This document shows, piece after piece, positions 8,549 through 17,384 of a DNA stretch of 64,000 nucleotides (position 1 is its first letter; every line of letters begins with the position of its first letter). The DNA is from an uncultured Fibrobacteria bacterium. GTDB lineage: Bacteria > Fibrobacterota > Fibrobacteria > UBA11236. The notes beneath the pieces are model-generated. The model was given only the letters and a program-made list of their open reading frames with translations. It made no database searches and was not told where the DNA came from. The position numbers were made by a program, and so were the translations under genes. The stretch is taken from positions 2,368,001 through 2,432,000 of the forward strand of contig OY970309.1 of NCBI GenBank assembly GCA_963716395.1. The letters run 5' to 3'.

Positions 8549-9661
8549 TCAGTCGGAGGTCGGCAACAAGATGGTGAAGCGTGTGCGCCCGTGTTCGGAT
8601 TCGCAATGTAAGGTCCCGCCGTGATCATTGACGATTTTCCGCGACAGCGACAGGCCCAACCCCGTGCCCTTGCCTTCGGGTTTGGTAGTGAAAAATGGCT
8701 CGAAAATCTTTTGCATCAGCGCCGGCGGAATGCCGCCCGCATTGTCTTCGTACACGATCTCCGCGGAGCCGAGGGGCGTTCTGCGCGCCTGGATGGAGAT
8801 GTATTTGTCGCCGTCTCCGCTGCTTTCGAAAGCGTCGCGCGAATTGGAAAGCAGGTTGTGGATCACCGATTCGAGTTGGGTGCGGTTGCCCACCACCAGC
8901 ATGAAATCGGAGACTTCGACGCGCAACGCAATGTCGCGCGCGGTCAATTGCCGCTCCGTGAACAGAAAGGCATCGTCGATTAATTCCTTCAACGCCACGC
9001 TGCTGCGCGCCTCGGCCGCATCTTTCTTCGAATACAGGAGCAGATGCTGCAGCACGCGGCGCATGCGCTCCACCCCGCGGATCACCGATTCGGCCGCCGC
9101 CAGCGCCGAGGCGTGATCGGGATTGGGGGAAGGATGGGCGTGCAAATCCTTGAGGTATTCGGCGTCGAGCAGAATGCTGGCCAGGGGGTTGTTCATCTCA
9201 TGGGCCAAGCCCGCGCCCAAGGTTCCCAGCACCACGAGTTTGTTGGCATGCAGCAATTGCTGCTCGAGATGCACCTGTTGGGCCCGGTCGAGCGAGAAGC
9301 CCATATATCCGACCACCGCGCCGTCGCGGCGTACGGGAGAGATGGTCAAGTGAATGTGCACGTCGCTGCCGTCGATGGCTTTGTTGGTCAATTCACCGCG
9401 CCAGGGCGCTCCGCTTTTGATGGTGCGCCACATTTCTTTGTACAGGCCGTTGGGCGTCAACGGGGAGCGGATGATGCTCTGGGTTTTCCCCAACACTTCC
9501 TCTTCGGAGGTGAATTTGTACAGGCGAAGATAGGCCTGGTTAACGCGCAACAGGCGGCCATCGGGATCGGTCAGATTGATCGCATAGTCGGCTTGGGTGA
9601 ACGCGTCTTCCAGCATGGATTGAGGCGACCCCCAGGCGAGAGCCGAATTTTCAATTTGCAA
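8549..9661 (-). CDS. Soluble PAS-domain histidine kinase (NtrB-like)
   Basis: PAS (YKEMWRTIKSGAPWRGELTNK), AHEMNNPL, FFTTKPEGKGTGLGL; start uncertain (TTG 9661 or ATG 9616). Confidence 0.9.
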   Translation of the reverse strand: MQIENSALAWGSPQSMLEDAFTQADYAINLTDPDGRLLRVNQAYLRLYKFTSEEEVLGKTQSIIRSPLTPNGLYKEMWRTIKSGAPWRGELTNKAIDGSDVHIHLTISPVRRDGAVVGYMGFSLDRAQQVHLEQQLLHANKLVVLGTLGAGLAHEMNNPLASILLDAEYLKDLHAHPSPNPDHASALAAAESVIRGVERMRRVLQHLLLYSKKDAAEARSSVALKELIDDAFLFTERQLTARDIALRVEVSDFMLVVGNRTQLESVIHNLLSNSRDAFESSGDGDKYISIQARRTPLGSAEIVYEDNAGGIPPALMQKIFEPFFTTKPEGKGTGLGLSLSRKIVNDHGGTLHCESEHGRTRFTILLPTSD

Positions 9662-9679
9662 AAATTCCCCGCGCGGCGT

Positions 9680-10615
9680 TCAGCGCCGCACCACTTCGAC
9701 GGTGCAAGGTGCATGTTCGGCCACGTTGAGGGAAACGCTGCCCAGAAAGAAACGCTGCAAGGCGTGCAAACCCCGGCTGCCGAGGAAAATTGAATCGGCT
9801 TTGAAACGTTTGGCTTCGCGCAGAAGTTCTCGGCGCGGATCGCCTTCGGTGACCGAAGAGGTGACGCGCAATCCGCGTTCGGCCAGGGCGAAAACGCCCT
9901 GCTCGGCCAGACGGTCGCCCAGGCGGCCGCGGAAAGGCACTCCTTTCAATGGAAAGCGCGGCGAATTTTCCGCATGGAATTCCTCGGTGAGCGAAAGGCG
10001 GTAATCCACCACCACCACGATCCGGAACTCGGCGCCTTTGGGCCATGTGCGTCGCGCCACGGCGTGGAGCGCGGCTTCGGCGTCTTTGGATCCGTCGACG
10101 CCGATGAGAATGCGCGGGGGCGGCGCGGCCTTGCGGTCCGGGGCCGGACGAACCACGCGCACATTACAGACGGCATGGGTCAGCACCTTGTGCGACACGC
10201 TGCCGAGGAACACCCGTCCCAACTCCGAATGCCCCAGAGTTCCCAAGGCGATGAGAGAGGGCTTCCATTTCTCCGCCAGGGTGAGAATGCCGGCGGCCGG
10301 CGTGTCGAGCTGTGCCGTGCTGGAAACCTTCCACTCGGGAAAAGCCTGACGCAATTTGGCCGCGCCCTTGTCGGCCATGGTTTTGGCGTCTTTCAAAAAG
10401 TTGTCCGAGTCCCAGCGTCCGGATCCGAAGGCGCCGGCGTACCAGCCGATGGCCGCCCCCGACATGGAGTCGACGGGCGGCACCCACATATCGGCGATGG
10501 TGACGACTTTGGCTTGGCCTTTGGCCTCCAGGCCCGCGCGGCGCAAATCGTTGAACACGGCTTCGGCGGCCGGCGATCCGTCGTAGGCGATCAGAATTTT
10601 TTGCGAGCGTGGCAT
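9680..10615 (-). CDS. Universal stress protein, tandem USP domains
   Basis: KILIAYDGS and RILIGVDGS; two GSVS...HAxCxVxVVR motifs; RBS before ATG. Confidence 0.92.
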   Translation of the reverse strand: MPRSQKILIAYDGSPAAEAVFNDLRRAGLEAKGQAKVVTIADMWVPPVDSMSGAAIGWYAGAFGSGRWDSDNFLKDAKTMADKGAAKLRQAFPEWKVSSTAQLDTPAAGILTLAEKWKPSLIALGTLGHSELGRVFLGSVSHKVLTHAVCNVRVVRPAPDRKAAPPPRILIGVDGSKDAEAALHAVARRTWPKGAEFRIVVVVDYRLSLTEEFHAENSPRFPLKGVPFRGRLGDRLAEQGVFALAERGLRVTSSVTEGDPRRELLREAKRFKADSIFLGSRGLHALQRFFLGSVSLNVAEHAPCTVEVVRR

Positions 10616-10625
10616 GGACTTCCTT

Positions 10626-11396
10626 TCAAGTGTGGGATGAAAAGGGGGAAGGTGGTGTTTTTCCCTCGAACCGGAGGTCGAACAATCGCTGTTCCAAGGC
10701 CGCGGCTCGGGGAAAAAGTATATCGGATTCCAGGGCCGCATGCGCCATCAGCCGCTGCTCGAAAGCCGACAACCGGGTATGGACTTCTTCCGTTACCGCG
10801 GCGGTAGGTTCTTTCAGACGATGGTTGCGGACCTTTTCCGTGATGTCGGTGATCATGTGTTTGAGTTCGGCTTCGCTGGTGTGGTTTTGCATGGCGGCGA
10901 AGGCGCGCACCGAACCCCGGTGCAGCATCGGGTCGGTGCCTTTTAAACGCTCGCTGGATTCCAAGCGAAGAATATGGGGAAAAACGTGCTGCTCTTCCTC
11001 AAGCATATGATCGCGGAACTTTTCCGCAAAGGGTTGAAACGCCTGTTGCACCAGTTTCAAAACATAGCCGTCGGGATAGTTGGGAATGCTGTGCACATCC
11101 AAGAGATGTTTGATTTCGGGTAAATCTTTTTCGAGAAATTCGCGATGGTCGGCGGTCAAATAATCGAGGACCCGGTACAAAGGCTCTTGCGCGAAATCCG
11201 CCGCGGCGGAAGGCACGGCCAAGGTCGAGGCATGCTTTAAAAATTCCACCGGGCCGACGCCCGCCTCTTGGCAGAACGCCTCGACGCTCAGATGCAATTG
11301 ATCCCAGAAAGGCTTGCGCGTCGCTTCAAGCAATTCCAATACGGCGGGGCGAATTTGCAGCACCTTGGCCAACGATGTGGAACCGGAGAAAAGCAT
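10626..11396 (-). CDS. Hemerythrin-like di-iron protein, RIC/YtfE/ScdA-like
   Basis: ADHREF, HMLEEEQHVFP, MQNH and HAALESDILFP ligand pattern; N-terminal ScdA_N-like domain. Confidence 0.72.
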   Translation of the reverse strand: MLFSGSTSLAKVLQIRPAVLELLEATRKPFWDQLHLSVEAFCQEAGVGPVEFLKHASTLAVPSAAADFAQEPLYRVLDYLTADHREFLEKDLPEIKHLLDVHSIPNYPDGYVLKLVQQAFQPFAEKFRDHMLEEEQHVFPHILRLESSERLKGTDPMLHRGSVRAFAAMQNHTSEAELKHMITDITEKVRNHRLKEPTAAVTEEVHTRLSAFEQRLMAHAALESDILFPRAAALEQRLFDLRFEGKTPPSPFSSHT

Positions 11397-11524
11397 ACAC
11401 TCAAAAATCCGCAAGAATCAGACCATGACAGAATACGCGAATTTCAGATTTTTTCCATGCCGAAAAAACTGCATCGCCAGAATGCCTTGTCATTTTGGCG
11501 GACGCTTTGAAAAGGTGGCAGGAG

Positions 11525-12262
11525 TTAAGTGTCGAAGCGGTAACCCAGGCCGGGCAGGTTGACGATCTTTTTTGCCAGAGCCGGTCCCAGTTTGCTGCGC
11601 AGCGAGGATACGTGCACTTTCACGGTATGCGAATCCACCGGAGCCGATTCGCCGTAGCCCCACACCGTGTGGTAAAGATGGGTGGTGTAAACCACCTGCC
11701 CGCGTTTGCGCAGCAAGGCGGTAAGCAGGTCGAATTCTTTGCGGGTCAAAGCCACCGGGCTCTCGTTGACGTAAACTTTGCGCGAGCGGACGTCGAGCGC
11801 CAGTCCTTCGGCTTTGAGCACATCGGCCAATTCTTCGGGGGAAAAATAGCGCCGCAAAACGGCCCGCACCTTGGCCAGCAGCAATTCGTTGGAAATGGGT
11901 TTTACCAGGTAGTCGTCGGCGCCTTCGCCGAAACCCTGGAGTTGGAATTCTTCGTCGGTCAGCGCCCCCGACAGCAAGATGATGGGAATGGCGCTGGTAT
12001 AGGGGCTGGCTTTCAATTCCTGACACAGCTTGATGCCGCTGGTGCTACCGAGCACCACGTCCATGAGAATGATATGGGGTTGGCGGGCTTTGGCCTGTTG
12101 GAGCACGGCCTCGGGATCTTCGACGACCGCCGCCTGATACCCGTCGCTCTCCAATACCGCTTTGAGGGTCTTGGCAAATACGGAATTGTCTTCCACCACC
12201 AAAATCGGCCGGCCGCCGCCGGATCCGGTGGGTGGAGTCGGGGACGGGGAGGTATCCGTCAT
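11525..12262 (-). CDS. OmpR/PhoB-family response regulator
   Basis: VVEDN, ILMDV, GADDYLVKP; wHTH LTRKEFDLL...VWG...TVKVHVSSLRSKL...GLGYRF. Confidence 0.93.
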   Translation of the reverse strand: MTDTSPSPTPPTGSGGGRPILVVEDNSVFAKTLKAVLESDGYQAAVVEDPEAVLQQAKARQPHIILMDVVLGSTSGIKLCQELKASPYTSAIPIILLSGALTDEEFQLQGFGEGADDYLVKPISNELLLAKVRAVLRRYFSPEELADVLKAEGLALDVRSRKVYVNESPVALTRKEFDLLTALLRKRGQVVYTTHLYHTVWGYGESAPVDSHTVKVHVSSLRSKLGPALAKKIVNLPGLGYRFDT

Positions 12263-12364
12263 AGTTTGTAGGTCCATGGAACGGCAGGAAAACATACATC
12301 TCAAAACCCTCGAACCCAAGTCCCATGGACCCTACGGGGCAGGAGGTTTTCCGGGCCTTCCCGT

Positions 12365-15300
12365 TTAGATTTTGGTGCGATTTGTAAAATATTTCACATC
12401 TGTTTCGGAATGCAGTCCGGGGATGCGTGCGCGCAACCAGGTGCTCAGAGATTCAAACTCTTCGGCTTCCAGCGATCCCAGAGCGCGCAAGCGGTGATTT
12501 TCACAGGCCAGCTTGGGAACGCCGTTGACGAACAGCACACGGTGCTTGGGTTGCATGGGCACGCGGCGCTCGGGCGCAAGCAGGCCCTGCAAATTGGCAG
12601 GATCGGTCGCGGCCAAGAGCAGCGGAGAAGTCTCATCGGCCCCATCGGCCGAAAGCCGCTCCAAGGCGTCGGGAGCGGCGAATTGTTCGCCCGAGGGTCC
12701 GGCCACGAAGCGTCCGCCCCGCGCCTCGCCCCGATCTTCCAAGGTGCGCAGCGCGCGGCGCAGCAGCCGCCAGGGCGGCAGGCCCGGCTCGCGTTCGGCC
12801 AGCGCGCGGAAAACCACACCGTAACGGTTAAGTAACGTATGGGCCGCGTGCAGCGCGTTTTCGTCGTCTGCACGCTCGGCAGCGTCGGGCAAAAGGAAAA
12901 ACCGTCCGGCCGGCAACGTGTCGATTCGCCGCGCCGGACGCCAACCGGACGAGGTCCGCGATCGCGGCGCCCGCATGGGTCGGGCCAACACGCGCCAGCC
13001 GGCGAAATTATCGCTGGTCGCCAAACCGGCATACAGCAATACGCGCAGGCCGCGCTCGGCGTCTTCGGGCAAGAGGCGCGCTTCGGCAAAGAGATCGTCG
13101 GCGAAACTGGCGCCCCGCTGCCGCAAGAGCGCTTGCAACTCGGCCGCCGCGCCGGTCACTTGCAACGGAGCCGGCGACGCGTGCCGCCACCAACGCAATT
13201 GGGACCGTGGAAAGAAGGCCACGGGCAGATAGCGCAAAGACAGGAACGGGGGTGGCGGGCCTTCACCCGGCGGGCGCAGGCGCGCGAATCCGAAGCGGCC
13301 CGACTGGCATAAGGCATCAAGCCAAGCCGGATCATAACCGGGAATGCGGGCGGGCAGGATCTCTTTTTCCCAGAGATCCGCGGGCGCTTCGAAGCCTGCG
13401 AGTTTTTCCAGCTCGGCCGCCAGGCGATCGGGGCCGCCCCGATCCTCCGGCCGGTGCCACACTCCCTGCCAGCGGAAAAGAAAGCGCTGGAATTGCGCCG
13501 CTGACACCGTGGTCGCGGCGCGGCGCCGGTGGGCGACGCTGCGTTGGCGCATGCGGAACAACAGCCGCCGCTCGCACCATTGCGGTCCGGTTCCGGCGAG
13601 GTATTCTCCGCGAAAGGCGAAGCCTTCGCTTTCGAGCGCCGCCAATGCGGCCGCCACGGCCTCGGGCCTCCATCCGGTCACGGCGGCCAGGGTCTCTTCC
13701 GACGCCGGACCCGCGCTTTCCAGCCGGCCGCGGATCATTTCGCGCCGGGCGTCTTCCACGCTGCCTCCGAAGCGGGACAGCGCCGCGGGCAGAACGGGCG
13801 TGAAGCCGGGCGCCGCGTCGGGCCAGGCGGCGCGGGCTTCGGCCAGGCGCTCGGCCGCGAACCACAAGGGAGTCGCACCGTCGGCCGCCAGGCTGCCGAC
13901 CCGGCGGTCGCGGCGCAATTCCTCGAGCCACGGCCACCAGGAAATTTGGTCCTTCCCGGCCCGGATTTCGCCTTCGGTCAAAAATCCCGAACTCAACACG
14001 TCGTGCAATTCGTCGGCGTCGCGCGGCGCGGGGCGGGCTTCGGCCGTCACCGCGCGTACGGCCTCGGCATCAAGCGCCGCCGGGGCGATGCGGGCCGGAT
14101 CGTCGGCAGCCCGCGCAGTGACGGCGCGGGTGCGCCGCTCTTCCAGCGGTGCGCCGTCGAGAAAGGCGTAGGGGCGCGCCTGCAACAACTCCTGCGCCAA
14201 CGGCGACGGCTCCGACACGTCCACCGCCAGACAGCGGCAGGCGCCGCTTTCGATGCGGCGCAACAGGTCTTCCAGCGTATCGATATCCATGGCTTCGTGC
14301 AGGCAGTCGTCCAGCGTCTGCCGCACCAGCGGATGATCGGGAATGCTGCGGTCGCCGGTCAGGTTTTCGGCGCAGGCGAGTTGATCGGGAAAGACCAAAG
14401 CCGCGAGGTCCTGGGCTTCGAGGCGCTGGAAAATGGGGGGCACGCGCCGGCCCCCGCGGCGGCGCGCGAGGGCCAAAAACCGCGTGGCGTTCCAGCGCCA
14501 GCGCACCTCGAACATGGGGCTGTCGAGCACGGCTTGTTGCAGGAGATCGCGCACCGTGGCCGCTCGCAAATATTGAAACACGTCTTCCAGGGGAAAGCTG
14601 TGGGTGACCCCCAACGAGAGGATCAGGCCTTCTTCGGTGGCCGCCGCTTGCAATTCGAAATTGAATTTGCGGCAAAAGCGTTTGCGTAAGGCCAGTCCGA
14701 AGGCGCGGTTCACGCGTCCGCCATAGGGGCTGTGCAGCACCAGATGCATGTCGCCGCCCGCGTCGAAAAAACGTTCGGCCACCAAGGTTTCGCAGGTGGG
14801 CAAATGGCCCAGGGCCAACAGGGCCGACGCCAGATACTCGATGACCGAGTTTGCCGCCAGGGGTAACAGACCGGTTTCGGCCTGCAACCAGGCCGCGGCC
14901 GGGGTTTTCCACGCCGCGTCGGAGCCCGAACCCTGGGCGGCCACGGTGGCGCGCAACTTTTCGGCGTCGCCCAGGCGCGCTTCGATTTCGCGACGCAGGT
15001 CGGACACCGCGGCGCTGAGCTCGGTGCTGCGCGAGGGCGCTTCGCCCAGCCAGAAAGGCAGCGAGGGCGCTTCGCCCTGCGCATCGGCCACGCGCACCGC
15101 GTTCTCTTCCACGCGCAGAATGCGCCAGGTTCCGTTGCCGAGCAGGAACACGTCGCCCGCCATGCTTTCGATGGCGAAGTCTTCATTCACCGTGCCCAGA
15201 AATTGATCGCCGGGGTCGAGCCGCACTTCGTAGTCGAAGGAATCGGGGATGGCGCCGCCGTTGAGCAGCGCGGTGAGACGCGCGCCCGGCCGGCCCCGCA

Positions 15301-16747
15301 ACCGGCCGTTGACGGCGTCGAGATGCAGATGGGCGCCGCGCCGTCCCCGCCGCGTGGTATAGCCCTGCGCGGCCAGCCGCACGATTTCGTCGAAACGCGG
15401 GCGGGGCAAATCGCGATAGGGGTGGGCGTGCCGGAAGGCTGCGTAGAGATCGTCCAAGCGCCATTCGCGGCAGCCGGCTTCGGCTACGATTTGCTGCGAC
15501 AGAATATCGAGCGGCGCCGCGGGCACCTGCAAGGCGTCGAGTTCGCCCCGGCGCAGGGCGCGCAGCAACGCAGCGTGCTCCACCAGCTCGGAACTGGTCA
15601 GGGGAAAGATGCGCGCCTTGGGCACGCCGCCCACATGATGGCGCGAACGTCCGGCGCGCTGCAAAAATGGGTTCAAACCCCGGGGCGATCCGATTTGTAC
15701 CACCAGGTCAACGAACCCGATGTCGATGCCGAGTTCCAGCGAAGAGGTGGCGGCCAGAGCTTTGAGCCCGCCGTTCTTCAACCGCTGCTCGGCGTCGAGC
15801 CGCCGCTCGCGCGACATGCTGCCGTGATGGGCGGCCACGGCGTCGTCGCCCAGGCTTTGGCGCAGGCGATGCGCCACGCGTTCGGCCAGGCGGCGCGTAC
15901 TCACGAAAATCAAGGTGGTGCGATGTTCGGCGATCAGCGCCAGCAGCCGCGCGTACACCTCTTCCCAGATTTCCAGCGACATCACGGCCGAGAGCCCCGC
16001 AGGCGGAAGCTCCACCTGCAGGTCGAAATGCCGGCGCCGGCCGACGTCGATTACGACCGCCCCCGGACCGCGATCGCCGGTGAGAAAGCGCGCCACCAAG
16101 TCCAACGGCTTTTGCGTGGCCGACAGCCCGATGCGCTGCAAAGGTTTTTCCACCAGGGTTTCGAGTCGTTCCAGCGACAGGGCCAGATGCGCCCCGCGTC
16201 GGTTGCCGGCCAGCGCATGCACTTCGTCGACGATCACCGTCTCCACGGTTTTCAGGAGGTCGCGGCCGCGCGGGCTGGTGAGCAGCAAGAACAGCGATTC
16301 GGGCGTGGTGATGAGCAGGTGGGGCGGATGCCGCCGCATCTGTTCGCGCTCGGCCGCGGGCGTGTCGCCTGTGCGCACGGCCACGGAAATGTCGGCCTCG
16401 CGCACATGCGTCAACAGCGATCGTCGCCGAATTTCTGCGAGCGGCTCTTCCAGGTTTTTTTTGACATCGTGGCTCAAGGCTTTGAGCGGCGAGACGTAGA
16501 GCACCAAGGTGTGCGGCGGCAACTCGCCTTCCAGTCCCCGTCGCCATAGCCGATCCAGAGCCCAGAGAAAAGCCGCCAGGGTTTTTCCCGAGCCCGTGGG
16601 CGCGGCCAGCAAGGCGCTTTGGCCCGCGGCAATGTGCGGCCAGGCGCGCGTCTGCGCTTCGGTGGGCGCGCCGAAGCGATCGGCGAACCAGGCGCGGATG
16701 TCTGCGTGAAACAAGTCCAGCACCTCGGGACTCAAGATCGTTTCCAT
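12365..16747 (-). CDS. lhr: Lhr-family SF2 helicase, long form with C-terminal domain
   Basis: APTGSGKT, DEVH, SAT, HHGS, TSSLELGID, QRAGRS; DEAD-associated region; C-terminal RGEARGGRFV; about 1460 aa. Confidence 0.9.
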   Translation of the reverse strand: METILSPEVLDLFHADIRAWFADRFGAPTEAQTRAWPHIAAGQSALLAAPTGSGKTLAAFLWALDRLWRRGLEGELPPHTLVLYVSPLKALSHDVKKNLEEPLAEIRRRSLLTHVREADISVAVRTGDTPAAEREQMRRHPPHLLITTPESLFLLLTSPRGRDLLKTVETVIVDEVHALAGNRRGAHLALSLERLETLVEKPLQRIGLSATQKPLDLVARFLTGDRGPGAVVIDVGRRRHFDLQVELPPAGLSAVMSLEIWEEVYARLLALIAEHRTTLIFVSTRRLAERVAHRLRQSLGDDAVAAHHGSMSRERRLDAEQRLKNGGLKALAATSSLELGIDIGFVDLVVQIGSPRGLNPFLQRAGRSRHHVGGVPKARIFPLTSSELVEHAALLRALRRGELDALQVPAAPLDILSQQIVAEAGCREWRLDDLYAAFRHAHPYRDLPRPRFDEIVRLAAQGYTTRRGRRGAHLHLDAVNGRLRGRPGARLTALLNGGAIPDSFDYEVRLDPGDQFLGTVNEDFAIESMAGDVFLLGNGTWRILRVEENAVRVADAQGEAPSLPFWLGEAPSRSTELSAAVSDLRREIEARLGDAEKLRATVAAQGSGSDAAWKTPAAAWLQAETGLLPLAANSVIEYLASALLALGHLPTCETLVAERFFDAGGDMHLVLHSPYGGRVNRAFGLALRKRFCRKFNFELQAAATEEGLILSLGVTHSFPLEDVFQYLRAATVRDLLQQAVLDSPMFEVRWRWNATRFLALARRRGGRRVPPIFQRLEAQDLAALVFPDQLACAENLTGDRSIPDHPLVRQTLDDCLHEAMDIDTLEDLLRRIESGACRCLAVDVSEPSPLAQELLQARPYAFLDGAPLEERRTRAVTARAADDPARIAPAALDAEAVRAVTAEARPAPRDADELHDVLSSGFLTEGEIRAGKDQISWWPWLEELRRDRRVGSLAADGATPLWFAAERLAEARAAWPDAAPGFTPVLPAALSRFGGSVEDARREMIRGRLESAGPASEETLAAVTGWRPEAVAAALAALESEGFAFRGEYLAGTGPQWCERRLLFRMRQRSVAHRRRAATTVSAAQFQRFLFRWQGVWHRPEDRGGPDRLAAELEKLAGFEAPADLWEKEILPARIPGYDPAWLDALCQSGRFGFARLRPPGEGPPPPFLSLRYLPVAFFPRSQLRWWRHASPAPLQVTGAAAELQALLRQRGASFADDLFAEARLLPEDAERGLRVLLYAGLATSDNFAGWRVLARPMRAPRSRTSSGWRPARRIDTLPAGRFFLLPDAAERADDENALHAAHTLLNRYGVVFRALAEREPGLPPWRLLRRALRTLEDRGEARGGRFVAGPSGEQFAAPDALERLSADGADETSPLLLAATDPANLQGLLAPERRVPMQPKHRVLFVNGVPKLACENHRLRALGSLEAEEFESLSTWLRARIPGLHSETDVKYFTNRTKI

Positions 16748-16766
16748 GGCCTCTGGAATGTACTCA

Positions 16767-16784
16767 ACTGTTCGTTTGTGCAGT
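16767..16784. promoter_or_regulatory. Putative LexA box upstream of lhr
   Basis: ACTGTTCGTTTGTGCAGT fits CTG-N10-CAG and, with one mismatch, TGCNC-N4-GTGCA; 20-37 bp before the ATG. Confidence 0.5.
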
Positions 16785-16982
16785 AATGGGATCGAAGGCG
16801 TCCGGCATGCTCCGGCCTCCGGGGAGGAGAGGTCATCCGCTTCTTTGGCCGCGACGCGCGGGTCGGCAGAAGCGATGCGGCGGACTCGGATGAACGCGGA
16901 GGTCAAGGATTAAATTAAGCGGCCGCGCCGGCCGTATGGTAGAATTAGTGCATTCCCGGTAGCGGAAGAAGGGTGGAACATC

Positions 16983-17354
16983 ATGGAAGCGGCGGTGCAA
17001 ACGGATCGGAACGCCTTGCAGCGTTTGGAACGCGTGGGGGGAGCGGCCTTGCTCGTGCGCATCATCGATCAATTCCTGGCCAATGCGCGGCAGCGTTTGG
17101 AAAGCGCTTGCGACTACGGCAAATCCGGCAATCTCGAAGCCTTAGGCCGCGCCTTGCACGGTCTCAAAGACACGGCGTCGAATCTGGGCGCCCTGGGCGT
17201 GCGCGATTTGGCCGCCCATATCGAAAGACTTTCGGTGCAGGGCGCCCAGGATCTGGTGTTGCCCCTGCTCTGTCAACTCGATCGCCTTCTGCAGCAAACC
17301 GAATATTGGTTGCTCGCGGAGCGGAGGGAACGCGTGGTCAAAGGCGACGGTTGA
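16983..17354 (+). CDS. Stand-alone Hpt protein
   Basis: ALHGLKDTASNLGA; similar to the Hpt at 8031-8381. Confidence 0.82.
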   Translation: MEAAVQTDRNALQRLERVGGAALLVRIIDQFLANARQRLESACDYGKSGNLEALGRALHGLKDTASNLGALGVRDLAAHIERLSVQGAQDLVLPLLCQLDRLLQQTEYWLLAERRERVVKGDG

Positions 17355-17384
17355 AAGCGGCCGAGGCCGGCGGCGGCGTGGATC

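Noticed and set aside
8035-8628. N-terminal part of the 666-aa kinase ORF as a kinase extension or Hpt fusion
   Set aside because: It overlaps the real Hpt gene in another frame; the ATGA junction supports a start at 8034
12410-16709. Many long alternative-frame ORFs over lhr, and similar ones window-wide (e.g. 31978-33495, 48103-49842)
   Set aside because: Shadow ORFs expected at high GC; Arg/Ala/Gly-rich, no motifs, fully overlapping well-supported genes
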